From assembly GCA_965231215.1 (NCBI GenBank), contig OZ246423.1, positions 768,001 through 832,000 of the forward strand: 64,000 bases of DNA, given 5' to 3'. The position numbers and the translations under genes were made by a program. The stretch is from Candidatus Altimarinota bacterium (GTDB taxonomy: Bacteria > Patescibacteriota > Gracilibacteria > UBA4473). Below, in pieces: positions 30,401 through 40,580 of the stretch (position 1 is the first letter of the stretch; every line of letters begins with the position of its first letter). Below the pieces are notes generated by a model. It was not told where the DNA came from and made no database searches. It worked only from the letters and a program-made list of their open reading frames with translations.

Positions 30401-31137
30401 TTCCAGAATTTTAAACTATTAAGCATACTTTTCTGAGTCTTTTTTATTTCCGCAGGCAAAAACTTATAACTTAGATATATAAAGGGGGTATCAATAAAGG
30501 CTACTAGAATTTTTATTAAATAAGTGGCTAAGCAAACTTCCCAAAAAATCTGAACAGGAATAAGGCCTCCAAACGGAATAAAATTAAAGGCCGTAAGCCC
30601 TACGGCAGTAAAAATAACCGTATCTATCGCCTGAGAGATAAGGGTCGAACCGTTATTTCTCAGCCACAGATACTTACTTTTGGTCCACTTTTTTATTTGA
30701 GTAAATAGCCACACATCAATCGTTTGAGCTATGAAATAAGCGAACATTGATCCTAGTAAAATTCTAGGGGTAATAGTAAATAACGTTTGGATAGATTCAT
30801 GAGCAAAATCATCAGAACTAGGCGTAAAGGCAATTAAAATCTGAGTAGCTACCACGAATATACTACTTACAAAAAATCCGGTTAAAACAGCTTTGTAAGC
30901 CTCCCGTTTTCCGAAGTGTTCGGATAGTAAATCTGTGAGTAAGAATACAGCTCCATAGAGAGCATTTCCTCCAGTTATAAGCAGGCCAAAAAGTTCAAAC
31001 TGCTTAGTTACAAAGATATTCATAAGCAATGTATAAACAGCAATTAATACGAAAATATAAATTTTACCAAGTCTAAAGGCTATCAAATTTATAGTGAATA
31101 GGGTCAAAGCAAAGCTAAGGAAAAGTATTTCGTTCAT
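30397..31137 (-). CDS. yhhQ: Queuosine precursor transporter (YhhQ/Vut_1 family)
   Basis: TDLLSEHFG, RILLGS, WLRNNGSTLISQAIDT and DTPFIY motifs; ATGA overlap with aroE. Confidence 0.88.
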   Translation of the reverse strand: MNEILFLSFALTLFTINLIAFRLGKIYIFVLIAVYTLLMNIFVTKQFELFGLLITGGNALYGAVFLLTDLLSEHFGKREAYKAVLTGFFVSSIFVVATQILIAFTPSSDDFAHESIQTLFTITPRILLGSMFAYFIAQTIDVWLFTQIKKWTKSKYLWLRNNGSTLISQAIDTVIFTAVGLTAFNFIPFGGLIPVQIFWEVCLATYLIKILVAFIDTPFIYLSYKFLPAEIKKTQKSMLNSLKFWK

Positions 31138-31226
31138 AAGTCTAAATTTTGTTTTTTTGGGGCAGTACCTTTTGGACACTCGAGCTTATATCCTCTATTT
31201 TTTATTTCGCTTTTAGACCAAGAAAC

Positions 31227-31260
31227 CCCATTTTTTTCAGGGTTTCCAAATGAACCATGG
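31227..31260 (-). promoter_or_regulatory. Possible preQ1 class I riboswitch-like element upstream of yhhQ
   Basis: CCAUGG-UUCAUUUGGAAAC-CCUG-AAAAAAAUGG resembles a stem/UUC loop/C/A-tract pseudoknot, but needs a bulge in P1. Confidence 0.3.
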
Positions 31261-31281
31261 ATAATAAAAGCAGTTTTCATA

Positions 31282-32349
31282 TTATAGCCCTGTTTGAGCT
31301 TTATGAAGCATCGCCTGATCCAGAATCACCAGAGCGGTCATGGCCTCTAAAATAGGAACCGCACGTGGAACCAAAACGGGATCATGACGGCCTGTGATCT
31401 GAATATCTACGTTTTCGCCTTTTTTATTGGCCGTAGTTTGAGGTTGAATGATCGAAGAAGTGGGTTTAATTCCCACGCGAAACCAAATATCATCGCCAGT
31501 TGAAATACCTCCCAAAATCCCACCATTAGCGTTTCTTTCCGTGTGAAATGTGCCGTCCTCAGCGATAAAAGGGTCATTGGCTTCACTTCCTTTTTGGGTG
31601 ACGAGATCAAATCCTTCCCCAAATTCTATGCCCTTTGTAGCCGGGACCGACATTACGGCTCGAGCCAGTTCAGCCTCTAATTTTCCAAAGACAGGACTGC
31701 CTAAACCTACCGGGGGGTTTTCTACCCGTATTTGCACGGCTCCACCAATAGAATCGCCAGCTTTTTTTACGGCTTCAACTGCTTCCAGAGTGGTTTCAAA
31801 GTTTTCTTCATCGGCCATTCGGAGAACGTTTTTTTCTACAAAGGCCTTATCAACGCCTGTAAACATAGATTCTCCAATTTGGTCTACAAATCCCCAGACA
31901 TCCACCTCAAATTTTTCTTTCAAAATCTTTTTGGCAATCGCGCCGCCAATGACTCGGGCAATGGTTTCTCGAGCAGAGGCTCTGCCTCCACCACGGTAGT
32001 CTCTAATGCCATATTTTTGGTCATATCCAAAGTCTGCGTGAGAGGGTCGGAAAATATCTTTTATATTGTCATAATCCCTAGATTTCTGGTCTTGATTCCA
32101 AACGACAACCGCGATTGAGGTTCCAGTAGTCTGGCCTTCAAAAGTACCAGAAAGGATCTCACATTGATCTTTTTCGTCTCTGGGAGTAGTAATATCACTT
32201 TGTCCTGGACGTCGTCTATCGAGTTCTTTTTGAAGATCAGATTCATCCAGTTGGATCAAAGGAGGGCAGTTATCAACGATAACGCCAATGGCTTTCCCAT
32301 GACTCTCCCCAAAACTGGTGATTCGAAACAAATTTCCAAAGGTATTCAT
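31282..32349 (-). CDS. aroC: Chorismate synthase
   Basis: FGESHG, RRRPG, RPSHAD, GGGRASARET, KPTSS and GRHDP motifs. Confidence 0.97.
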   Translation of the reverse strand: MNTFGNLFRITSFGESHGKAIGVIVDNCPPLIQLDESDLQKELDRRRPGQSDITTPRDEKDQCEILSGTFEGQTTGTSIAVVVWNQDQKSRDYDNIKDIFRPSHADFGYDQKYGIRDYRGGGRASARETIARVIGGAIAKKILKEKFEVDVWGFVDQIGESMFTGVDKAFVEKNVLRMADEENFETTLEAVEAVKKAGDSIGGAVQIRVENPPVGLGSPVFGKLEAELARAVMSVPATKGIEFGEGFDLVTQKGSEANDPFIAEDGTFHTERNANGGILGGISTGDDIWFRVGIKPTSSIIQPQTTANKKGENVDIQITGRHDPVLVPRAVPILEAMTALVILDQAMLHKAQTGL

Positions 32350-32455
32350 GTGATTTTTGTATACAGGATTGAGGTTTAATTATCAAGTACTAAGAGTACG
32401 TCATTGCTTCGTGTTTGGGCCGTAAGTTGAATCTGCCTCGCGATAACAAAGAAAC

Positions 32456-32488
32456 AAAAAAGAGACGGCGTTTTGCCGTCTCTCTTTG
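32456..32488. terminator. Intrinsic terminator hairpin downstream of the large surface protein gene
   Basis: AGAGACGGC-gtttt-GCCGTCTCT with an A-tract on the left (U-tract on the minus strand). Confidence 0.75.
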
Positions 32489-32504
32489 TTGGGATTTATA
32501 GTGT

Positions 32505-35500
32505 TTATTGGCCTTTAGCGACCAGATCACCACCTTGTTTTGCGATACCCCTTTGTGGGTTATTATTGAACACGTCTCCAAGAACCACTTTTTTGCCTCT
32601 GTGTCTCATAGAAATAAGGTTCATATGTTTTGGTCTGATTCGTGAAGGGGCTGGGTCTCTATAACTTTTTCTGGCAAACTTGTTTACGTAGTTCGCGTCG
32701 TAGTTTCGTTTGGTGTAGAGTGAAGGATAGATTTTAGCTTTTTTATCATATCCCACAGGAAGATCAGTAATGATCAGTTCCATTTTTTTAGTTTCTACAC
32801 GAGCTTCAGCTGGCTTGATTACCACTAATGTTTCAGAATTTTCTGAGGCTTCACTTTGGGTTACCTCTTTAATGTTTTTAAGGAGGTATTCTCCAGTGTC
32901 AGTTTGTACAAGTACTTCGGTTTCATTGTCTTGGAATACGCCTTTGATGTCTCTTTGTTGTGGCGCTAGATCGCGGGTTGCAAATTCTCCAAATCGCCCG
33001 TTTCCAGTTTTTCGTCCTCGGAAGATGACGTAGTCTTTTCCAGAAAAACGTTTCATTCGATCTAGAGCGAGTCGGCCTTTTTGGTATCCAGCAAATACCG
33101 TGTATCCATTAAAGTTGACGTATTGGTGTACTCGATAGCTGAATCCTTTGTTTAGAAGTTTGGCAAATTTCATACTTTCTTCGTACGTAGTAAATTCCCC
33201 AGCTACACGATCGGCTCTAGAAATCCCAGGAGCAAAACCAGTGTTAGCGCCCCCGAGGGGTTTTCGAGTTCCTACTCGGTTAGAACCGGAAGCAAAAGTG
33301 CTGCTTACAGAACTGGCTGAATTAGTCGTATCGGTTATAGATTGAATTTTTCCAGCCCCGGTAATGGTGAAAGTATTATTCGTATTCTTGAGGATGACGA
33401 CATTTGGATTATTACTGGTAACACCAGTGATTTGACCAGTACTAGTTACCGTAATACTTCCATCTGGGTTTTGCGTAAAGAGAGGGTCTCCAGATTTACT
33501 AGTAGCCGTTACTTGGGTGATAAGGGTTTTAGTACCAGCAACGAAAGTCGTATCAGTAGTAATAGTCGTTCCTTGTCTTCCGGTTTGTACATCACCGTCT
33601 TTTACGTGTAGAAGTTGAATATTTGAATTAACGCTGGTGGTAGTCACTACTAGATCATCTTTAGCAATGTAGTAGTTTGGCGTTTTAATAGCATCAATCT
33701 TATAGGTAGTATTTGGGGCTATAACGGTAGAATATTTTCCATTTGTATCGGTAATTCCTGTACAAATGTCTTGGTTAGGGAGGTGGCAGATACTACCGAA
33801 TGGGGCGATAATATTTACAAAAGTTCCACTTATAGGCAGGCCAGTATCCTGGTCTGTTACGGTTCCTGTAGCGGTAATTCCATATTTTTGAGTATAGAGT
33901 AGTTGCTGGGGACTCGTATTTCCAGCTTTATCGGTTGTCTGCATTCGGAGTTCGTAAGCCGTAAGGTCTGGAATCACGATAGCCGGAACAAAAGCGCGCG
34001 TAGTTACCGTTTGAGTTTCATCGATAGCTAAGGCTGGGTTTTGATAGTGTACCGTATAGCTTTGAATGCCTGAAACCGGCGTTCCTCCCCTTGGGTCTGT
34101 ATCGTTTGTCCAGCGGTAAGAGGCTTGTTCAAACGGTTTGAATCCAGTAGTTTCAGCTCCTCCTAGATCGACCACATCCGTGGGGTTAGTGGGTTTCTTT
34201 TTATCAAAGATTACTTGAGACGTATCGGTTACCGTGGTTACGGCAAATTCATTTCCGGTAGAGGCGGCATTACTGGTGTTATCATAAATAGTGAAACTAA
34301 AGGGGACAACGCCTTCAGGGTCTCCCGCATCGGTAGTCACTTCTGCACGCCAGGTTCGGAAAACCCCAGTCCCAGATGCAGGAGTAGTACAGGTGCCACC
34401 ACTACTAAGTCCTTGGTCAGTAAAAGTAGCGACATTGCCCAAAATAGTGCCTGTATGCGCAATTGTCGGAGTGGAGCTATTTGAATCTACATAGTCACAG
34501 ACATCCATTTCTACTCGAACTGTATCGCCTCCCTTTGCGTAGTAGGTAGGGGCGTCTCCGGTAAAAGCGGAATTGTCGCTACTTATAGCGCTAATAGTTA
34601 CGCTTTGAACCAACGGATCGGTTCGATCAAATTGCACTTGAGAGCCATCGGTTGTAGTGGTAATAAGACGACTCACATTCCCAGCACTATCTTGCACAGT
34701 GAATTCAAAGGGGACCACCGTTTCAGTGGTTTCTGAACCATCAGTAAACCGAGTAAGAGTTTGCCCCGCCGCTACGATAGTTACATTTGGGGTAGCGGGC
34801 CGCCCTAAAATAGTAGGAGCTGGTGTGCCCATAGAAGCTCTAGTACTAAGGTTATCGGCTACAGTGAAGGTAAGGGTGATTGTATCGTTGGTTTTGGCTA
34901 GAGTGGTATCTCGGCCATTGTTTGAGGCAATAGAAACCACAGGCACAGTTGGAGCCGTGTTATCAATAGTAACAGAACTCGTATTGGTGGTTGCAGTTAC
35001 CTGTGTCCCAGAGTTTCCAGCTCTATCTTCGAAATCAATAGTAAAGTTTGCCACGCCTTCTGGATCAGTATCAGATACAGTAATACTAGCGGTGTAACTA
35101 GTACAAGATGACCCACTACAACCAGGCGTTACCGTTGCCGTTTTCCCCGCAATGGTGGCGGTTGTTTGAAAATTCTTGAGAACTTCACTAGCGGTAAAGC
35201 TAAGGGTGATTGTATCCCCTGTTTTTGCCCATTGGGGATCATTAGCATTGTCTGAAGCGATACTTACCGATGTAAGGGTTGGAGTGATAGTATCGGCTGT
35301 AAGCGTATTGCTGGCACTACCTCCTGTAATTGGGGCTAGGCTGGTAATGGTGGTTGCATTACCGGCGGCATCAGTAATATCGAAATTAACCGTAGGAGTC
35401 ACTAAACCATTATCCCCATTCTGCACTGTAAAAACTAGTGTATCGGTACTCGCGCTTGCCGCATCTACTTCTGTCATAAGTGTAGAAGCATTAGCGGCTG

Positions 35501-36692
35501 TGCTAGCTGTATTTACAGCCGTCACTGTTACATTTTCATTAAAGGTAATGGTGTAAGTTACAGTGTTTCCGGCTTTTACAAATCCTGGCCATGCAGGAGT
35601 TCCGTTCCCAGCCTGAACCGTTCCAGTAATACTGGGGGGAGTGACATCAATATTTAAATCATTCGCGCTTGTCGCATAAGAAATATTCCCAATCGTGTCT
35701 TCAGCCTTGGCACAGATAAAGTTTTGGTTGTTAGTTTCAGTGTTAATCGTGAAAGGCGTACCCGAAGTAAAGCTATGCCCATAAGTATCAGTTGCATCAC
35801 AGATGGCATCAGCACTAAATCCATACTCAAAAGTAGCCGTATTGGCATTAATATCGGTAACGGTAATAGAAATATCATCGCTCTGAACCGGCCCTGGAGC
35901 TACATCATCAGTAAAAGAAAGAACCGGCATACCCGTGTCCACGGTTAGGTTTGGAGTTGGTGCTCCGGGGAGGAATCCTACAAGAGCGTTTCCAGCTTTA
36001 TCAGTAAAGTTGAGGGAATCAATATTGAGAATGCCGTTGCTTCCAGCCACAACGGTGAATGAACGACTTCCTGCAGTTTTGGTAGTGGTTCCGCTTGTAC
36101 TTACAAAAGCCGATGGCAAGGGGGTTGAAGCGCCAGCTCCAATACTATAATTTAGTGTATTTCCTTGAGCCCAAGTATCGGCAGCCGCCAGAGTCAAAGT
36201 AAAGGTGACACTATCGCCTGTTTTAGCTATAGTATTTGTGGCGTTGTTGGATACAGCCCCAATATTGAGAAGCGTTGGAGCCTGTGTATCTATCATGATT
36301 TTACTATCAAAAGGAAAACTGGGTAACCCCGAAATATTGGTTAACCCTGTGTTTTTAAACGTAATACCTGTAATAGCGACGATTCCATTTTCGCCTCCTG
36401 GCACAAGTGCTGTGGCTGTGTGAGTCAATCCTAATGGGCTTGCAGGGATAGAGGCGTCTGGTTGTGCTACACCACCAATGGTATAGCTTATAGTTCCTCC
36501 GACGGAGTCATCTGCGGCTTGAAGAGTCAGCGTGAAAGTAAGGATGTCACCAGACTTGGCGTAGCTAGCTGGAGTTACCGCATTATTAGAACTTACGGCC
36601 AAACTATGGTAGGTAGCGGCCGAAACTAAATCAGCCGAAAACAAACCTAGGCCTAATAGGATTGTGAAAAATAAAGGCTTTATGAATCGCAT
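32505..36692 (-). CDS. Large secreted surface protein with Ig-like repeats and a carboxypeptidase-regulatory-like domain
   Basis: Signal peptide; repeated AKxGDxxT, DxAGN and DxTxP motifs; Thr-rich; basic C-terminal region. Confidence 0.85.
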   Translation of the reverse strand: MRFIKPLFFTILLGLGLFSADLVSAATYHSLAVSSNNAVTPASYAKSGDILTFTLTLQAADDSVGGTISYTIGGVAQPDASIPASPLGLTHTATALVPGGENGIVAITGITFKNTGLTNISGLPSFPFDSKIMIDTQAPTLLNIGAVSNNATNTIAKTGDSVTFTLTLAAADTWAQGNTLNYSIGAGASTPLPSAFVSTSGTTTKTAGSRSFTVVAGSNGILNIDSLNFTDKAGNALVGFLPGAPTPNLTVDTGMPVLSFTDDVAPGPVQSDDISITVTDINANTATFEYGFSADAICDATDTYGHSFTSGTPFTINTETNNQNFICAKAEDTIGNISYATSANDLNIDVTPPSITGTVQAGNGTPAWPGFVKAGNTVTYTITFNENVTVTAVNTASTAANASTLMTEVDAASASTDTLVFTVQNGDNGLVTPTVNFDITDAAGNATTITSLAPITGGSASNTLTADTITPTLTSVSIASDNANDPQWAKTGDTITLSFTASEVLKNFQTTATIAGKTATVTPGCSGSSCTSYTASITVSDTDPEGVANFTIDFEDRAGNSGTQVTATTNTSSVTIDNTAPTVPVVSIASNNGRDTTLAKTNDTITLTFTVADNLSTRASMGTPAPTILGRPATPNVTIVAAGQTLTRFTDGSETTETVVPFEFTVQDSAGNVSRLITTTTDGSQVQFDRTDPLVQSVTISAISSDNSAFTGDAPTYYAKGGDTVRVEMDVCDYVDSNSSTPTIAHTGTILGNVATFTDQGLSSGGTCTTPASGTGVFRTWRAEVTTDAGDPEGVVPFSFTIYDNTSNAASTGNEFAVTTVTDTSQVIFDKKKPTNPTDVVDLGGAETTGFKPFEQASYRWTNDTDPRGGTPVSGIQSYTVHYQNPALAIDETQTVTTRAFVPAIVIPDLTAYELRMQTTDKAGNTSPQQLLYTQKYGITATGTVTDQDTGLPISGTFVNIIAPFGSICHLPNQDICTGITDTNGKYSTVIAPNTTYKIDAIKTPNYYIAKDDLVVTTTSVNSNIQLLHVKDGDVQTGRQGTTITTDTTFVAGTKTLITQVTATSKSGDPLFTQNPDGSITVTSTGQITGVTSNNPNVVILKNTNNTFTITGAGKIQSITDTTNSASSVSSTFASGSNRVGTRKPLGGANTGFAPGISRADRVAGEFTTYEESMKFAKLLNKGFSYRVHQYVNFNGYTVFAGYQKGRLALDRMKRFSGKDYVIFRGRKTGNGRFGEFATRDLAPQQRDIKGVFQDNETEVLVQTDTGEYLLKNIKEVTQSEASENSETLVVIKPAEARVETKKMELIITDLPVGYDKKAKIYPSLYTKRNYDANYVNKFARKSYRDPAPSRIRPKHMNLISMRHRGKKVVLGDVFNNNPQRGIAKQGGDLVAKGQ

Positions 36693-36879
36693 AATTATTT
36701 AAATAAAAATATTTTGTTGGCAGGTCGGCTTCTAAAGGATTTTTCGACTCTTGTCAATTACTTAATATTATTTTAATATAAAACTCGATCAAAAAATGTA
36801 CTCGTGTGTATGATTTGTACACAACAAAAATACCCGAGGTTTATTTCGAGTATTTAGTTTGGGGCTTTGAATCCCAGTT

Positions 36880-37452
36880 TTAGTTTATTGCGTACACATT
36901 GAGTAGACCATTATCATCTCTATCAGTAATTCTAGAAGTGGTTACTTGGAATTGGTCTAGTTTGGCCTGAAGGTTCGCTTGCTTTTTAGCATCGTTGGCT
37001 CGTTTCAAGGCCAAAGCTCCATAAACATCCTGTTTAGCTCGAGCGTATCCGGCGAGGGCTGGGTTGTGTGGTGCTCGAGCAGTTTTTTTGGTTTCTACCT
37101 TTTCCACTGCTGTTTCATCGTTCAAGTCTGGAAGTTGAGCGTAATTTACCACTCCTTCACCTTCATCAAGCGGTTGATCGTTGAGCAAACCGTGAGTGTA
37201 TTTGAATTGTGGTTCGAGATCTAGGTTTTCAAATTCAGCAAACTTAATAGATTTATTACCTCTGAATTTCACTTGTTTTCGGATTCTTTGATAATTTAGA
37301 ACTTCTTGAGGCACCATCACTTCAGAATAAACAATTCGGTTTTTACTAAGGTCAGTAACGTTTTCATCTAAGGTGTTTGTAGCTTCCTGGAAAGCGTTAA
37401 CAGGACTTCCGATAAAAAGAGCACATAAAATAATGGATAGTAATTTTTGCAT
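36880..37452 (-). CDS. Secreted hypothetical protein sharing a motif with the C-terminus of the downstream surface protein
   Basis: Signal peptide ending VNA; VKFRGNK..FAEF...DLEPQ motif. Confidence 0.75.
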   Translation of the reverse strand: MQKLLSIILCALFIGSPVNAFQEATNTLDENVTDLSKNRIVYSEVMVPQEVLNYQRIRKQVKFRGNKSIKFAEFENLDLEPQFKYTHGLLNDQPLDEGEGVVNYAQLPDLNDETAVEKVETKKTARAPHNPALAGYARAKQDVYGALALKRANDAKKQANLQAKLDQFQVTTSRITDRDDNGLLNVYAIN

Positions 37453-37533
37453 AATTTTGGAAATAATAATTTGTAGGTGATACTTATTTACAAACTTAAA
37501 CTCCTTTTGTCAAAGAAATACCGATAAACTTAT

Positions 37534-39870
37534 CTATTCGGGTCTGCCAAAAATTTCTCGAGGTTTAGAGCCTTTAGCCGGGCCCACTATGCCTCTAGAT
37601 TCCATCTGATCCAATAACCTAGCAGCGCGAGCATAGCCAACTTCTAATCTTCTTTGGAGGAAGCTGGCAGAGGCTTTATCGGTTTCTAGTACCAACTCCA
37701 CAGCTTCGTTAAATAGATCATCCAAATCACTATCACTGACTTCATTCACGCCAGCGGTGAGCACGCCTCCTTTGGCCATGCCTTCAATAGATTGATTGGT
37801 AATTTCGTCATTAGCGACCATTTCAGGAAATTGGAGTTTTATGTGGTTTGTTACGCGTTCTACTTCTTGAGTGCTCACATACAGCCCTTGGATTCTGGTA
37901 AGTTCCCCAGAATTTCCATCCATGTATAGCATATCTCCCATTCCCAGTAGGTCTTCGGCTCCAATGCCATCAATAATGGTTCGAGAGTCAATTCCAGAAG
38001 AAACACGGAAAGCGATACGAGCCGGCAAATTGGCCTTGATAAGCCCCGTTACGACATCTACAGAAGGTCTTTGGGTGGCTACAATCAGATGCATCCCAAC
38101 CGCCCGAGCCATTTGGGCGATTCTACAGATAGCGGCTTCTACATCTTTACCGGCTACCATCATGAGATCGGCCAGTTCATCTACGACCACCACAATGAAA
38201 GGCTCTTTTTGGTCTGGGAATTTTTCATTGTGTTCAGCGATGTTTCGGCAGCGTTTGGCCGCAAAATCTTTGTAACGGCGGTTCATCTCGGCGACGGCCC
38301 AAGCCAGAGCAGAAACTGATTTTTCCGGTTCGGTAATAACCGGGGTCAAGAGGTGTGGGAGGTGATTGTAGGGCTCTAGCTCTACGCGTTTTGGATCAAT
38401 CAAAATCATGCGTAGACTCTCTGGGGAATTATTCCATAGCAGTGAAACCAAGAACGCATTCATCGCTACCGATTTCCCAGAACCGGTTTTCCCCGCAATC
38501 AGTAAGTGCGGCATCTTGGCTAAATCAGCGACAATCGGTTTCCCGGCTACATCACGGCCAACAGATAATTTAAGATTAGAGGTTTGTTTGTCCCAGTGTT
38601 CAGATTCCAATATTTCTCGCATGCCAACCGTGGCTCGTTTTTCATTCGGGATTTCAATACCTACGAGTTTTTTACCTCGGATTGGGGCCTCGATCCGTAC
38701 ATTTTCGGCGGCAAGTGCTAAGGCTAAATCGGGTTTGAGGGCTGTAATTTTGTTCAGTTTTACTCCAGCAGCAGGTTCCAGGGTAAATTGCGTAACGGTT
38801 GGCCCTACATGCACTGAACGCATGGTTACTTCAATACCAAATTGATCGAGTTTTTCTCTAATAGCTTCAGCTTTTTGTCTGAGGCGTTTCTCGTCTACCA
38901 CAATGGTTGAAGGTTTATCTTCAAGGAGATCGAAGTGAGGGGCTTCCCAGGCCCCAAATTTTCTGTCTTTCGCCTCAGAAAGCTGATCAGCTTCTGTTTT
39001 TTTGCGGATCTCAATAGAGGTTTTTTCAAATTTAGCTTTGGATGTTTTTTTCTCAGAAGCTTCTTCCCTCTGAGGTTTCATTGAGTCAATAATTTCTACC
39101 TCGTTTTCAAAGTGACGGCGTTCAGATTTAGGGGGCTCTTTTTCAGCTTTTTTGGAGTGAGTTTTTTCAGTGGTTTTTGAAGTCACTTTTACCTCGTCCT
39201 GGGTTTCTTTTGGAGTGATGATATCCTTAATTTTTATGCCAAAAGCGACAACCCCAGTAAGCCAGAAGATGGCCATAAGCATCACTGCTGCCACCAGGTC
39301 TCCTAAAAATTCTCGTGGAAAAAACCCAACGGCAAAACCCAAAGCGCCACCGTAGTTTTTGGCCAGACTTAAACTTTCATCATGGCCTATCATCAGATTT
39401 AGAAGTCCACAGATACAGGCGAAAAAAATCAAAAAGGCAAACACTCTAGGAGCTGGGAAGTGTATGTCTTTACGCCAAAACAGAATACCTCCCAGTGCAA
39501 TACATCCAAGAGGGACTAACCATCTAGCTGAACCAAACAGCTGTCTAAAAAATTCAAAGTTAAGCCACTGGGCTAGCGGCGCTTTACTAAAGAAGATAGC
39601 TAATATTACAAGCCCCGCACAAATCCAAAGAGAGCCAATGATTTCACGTACAAAGTGATCATCAAAAAAGTTTTTAATGACCTCTTTTTCGACTTTTTGA
39701 GCTTCTACCTTTTTGGCGGCTTTTTCTTTGGCTTTAAGTTTTATAACTTTTTTTTGTTCTTTTTTGCGTTCAGCCGCAATCATCTGGCGAGCGGCTTTTT
39801 GGGCTTCTCGTTTTAGAACGCTGCTGGGGATTTTTACACTTGGAGCCTTTTTCTTACGGCTAAACATCAA
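37534..39870 (-). CDS. ftsK: DNA translocase FtsK/SpoIIIE
   Basis: N-terminal TM domain, PHLLIAGKTGSGKS, DELADLMM, ATQRPSVDV and gamma domain LQRRLEVGYARAARL. Confidence 0.96.
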   Translation of the reverse strand: MMFSRKKKAPSVKIPSSVLKREAQKAARQMIAAERKKEQKKVIKLKAKEKAAKKVEAQKVEKEVIKNFFDDHFVREIIGSLWICAGLVILAIFFSKAPLAQWLNFEFFRQLFGSARWLVPLGCIALGGILFWRKDIHFPAPRVFAFLIFFACICGLLNLMIGHDESLSLAKNYGGALGFAVGFFPREFLGDLVAAVMLMAIFWLTGVVAFGIKIKDIITPKETQDEVKVTSKTTEKTHSKKAEKEPPKSERRHFENEVEIIDSMKPQREEASEKKTSKAKFEKTSIEIRKKTEADQLSEAKDRKFGAWEAPHFDLLEDKPSTIVVDEKRLRQKAEAIREKLDQFGIEVTMRSVHVGPTVTQFTLEPAAGVKLNKITALKPDLALALAAENVRIEAPIRGKKLVGIEIPNEKRATVGMREILESEHWDKQTSNLKLSVGRDVAGKPIVADLAKMPHLLIAGKTGSGKSVAMNAFLVSLLWNNSPESLRMILIDPKRVELEPYNHLPHLLTPVITEPEKSVSALAWAVAEMNRRYKDFAAKRCRNIAEHNEKFPDQKEPFIVVVVDELADLMMVAGKDVEAAICRIAQMARAVGMHLIVATQRPSVDVVTGLIKANLPARIAFRVSSGIDSRTIIDGIGAEDLLGMGDMLYMDGNSGELTRIQGLYVSTQEVERVTNHIKLQFPEMVANDEITNQSIEGMAKGGVLTAGVNEVSDSDLDDLFNEAVELVLETDKASASFLQRRLEVGYARAARLLDQMESRGIVGPAKGSKPREIFGRPE

Positions 39871-39977
39871 GCTTATTGTAGATCAAAAAATGTGTTCGTC
39901 AAATGATAAATTGTGGTTATTTATATACTAAATAAACTTCATGTTTTGTCTCTTTTAGGGTATAATCAATTGAACTT

Positions 39978-40580
39978 ATGAATTTGATAAATACGGATTC
40001 ACCAACAATGGAATTAGCTTATGCAAAAGCTGATTCCGTCGCCTTTCAGCTTTTAAATGGAGATACGACCTTAGAGCATTTTAAACCTCATTTTTTGGCC
40101 GTTGAAGGAGAGGCTGCTACAGAGAAAAAAGCAGAAGCAACCTTTCAAGCACAAGCGCATAAGTTAGGGAAGCTTTTTGGAAACTTGTCTCATCAGCTCA
40201 TTACTGGAACTTGTAGAATTTATGCTATTGAAATTAAGATGGCCTTGGTTGAGGAAGGCCTTAGCTGTAGAGTTTTGAAAGATAGAGAGGGGCATTATTG
40301 CCTTCAATTAGCACAAGACCATGATTTAATTTTATTTGACCCTTTTAATAGCTATTTGTTAAAGCAAGCACGTGAAAATCTTTCGGATCCAGGGACATAC
40401 TTAGACTTTTTAAAACACATAGTTACAGAAGAGTTAAATCCTCGGACTATAGCGCGTGTAATGTTTCATGTGAGACCTGATGGGTTTGAGGATTATCTTG
40501 GTACAGTAGCAATAGATACAGAAACACTAAGACAGGTTAAAATTTTAGATAACGAACTTGTTAGGTTCTCATCTTTTTAA
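39978..40580 (+). CDS. Hypothetical protein (C...H...D pattern, possibly transglutaminase-like)
   Basis: 200 aa; GTC, GHY and FDP motifs; TATAAT immediately upstream. Confidence 0.55.
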   Translation: MNLINTDSPTMELAYAKADSVAFQLLNGDTTLEHFKPHFLAVEGEAATEKKAEATFQAQAHKLGKLFGNLSHQLITGTCRIYAIEIKMALVEEGLSCRVLKDREGHYCLQLAQDHDLILFDPFNSYLLKQARENLSDPGTYLDFLKHIVTEELNPRTIARVMFHVRPDGFEDYLGTVAIDTETLRQVKILDNELVRFSSF

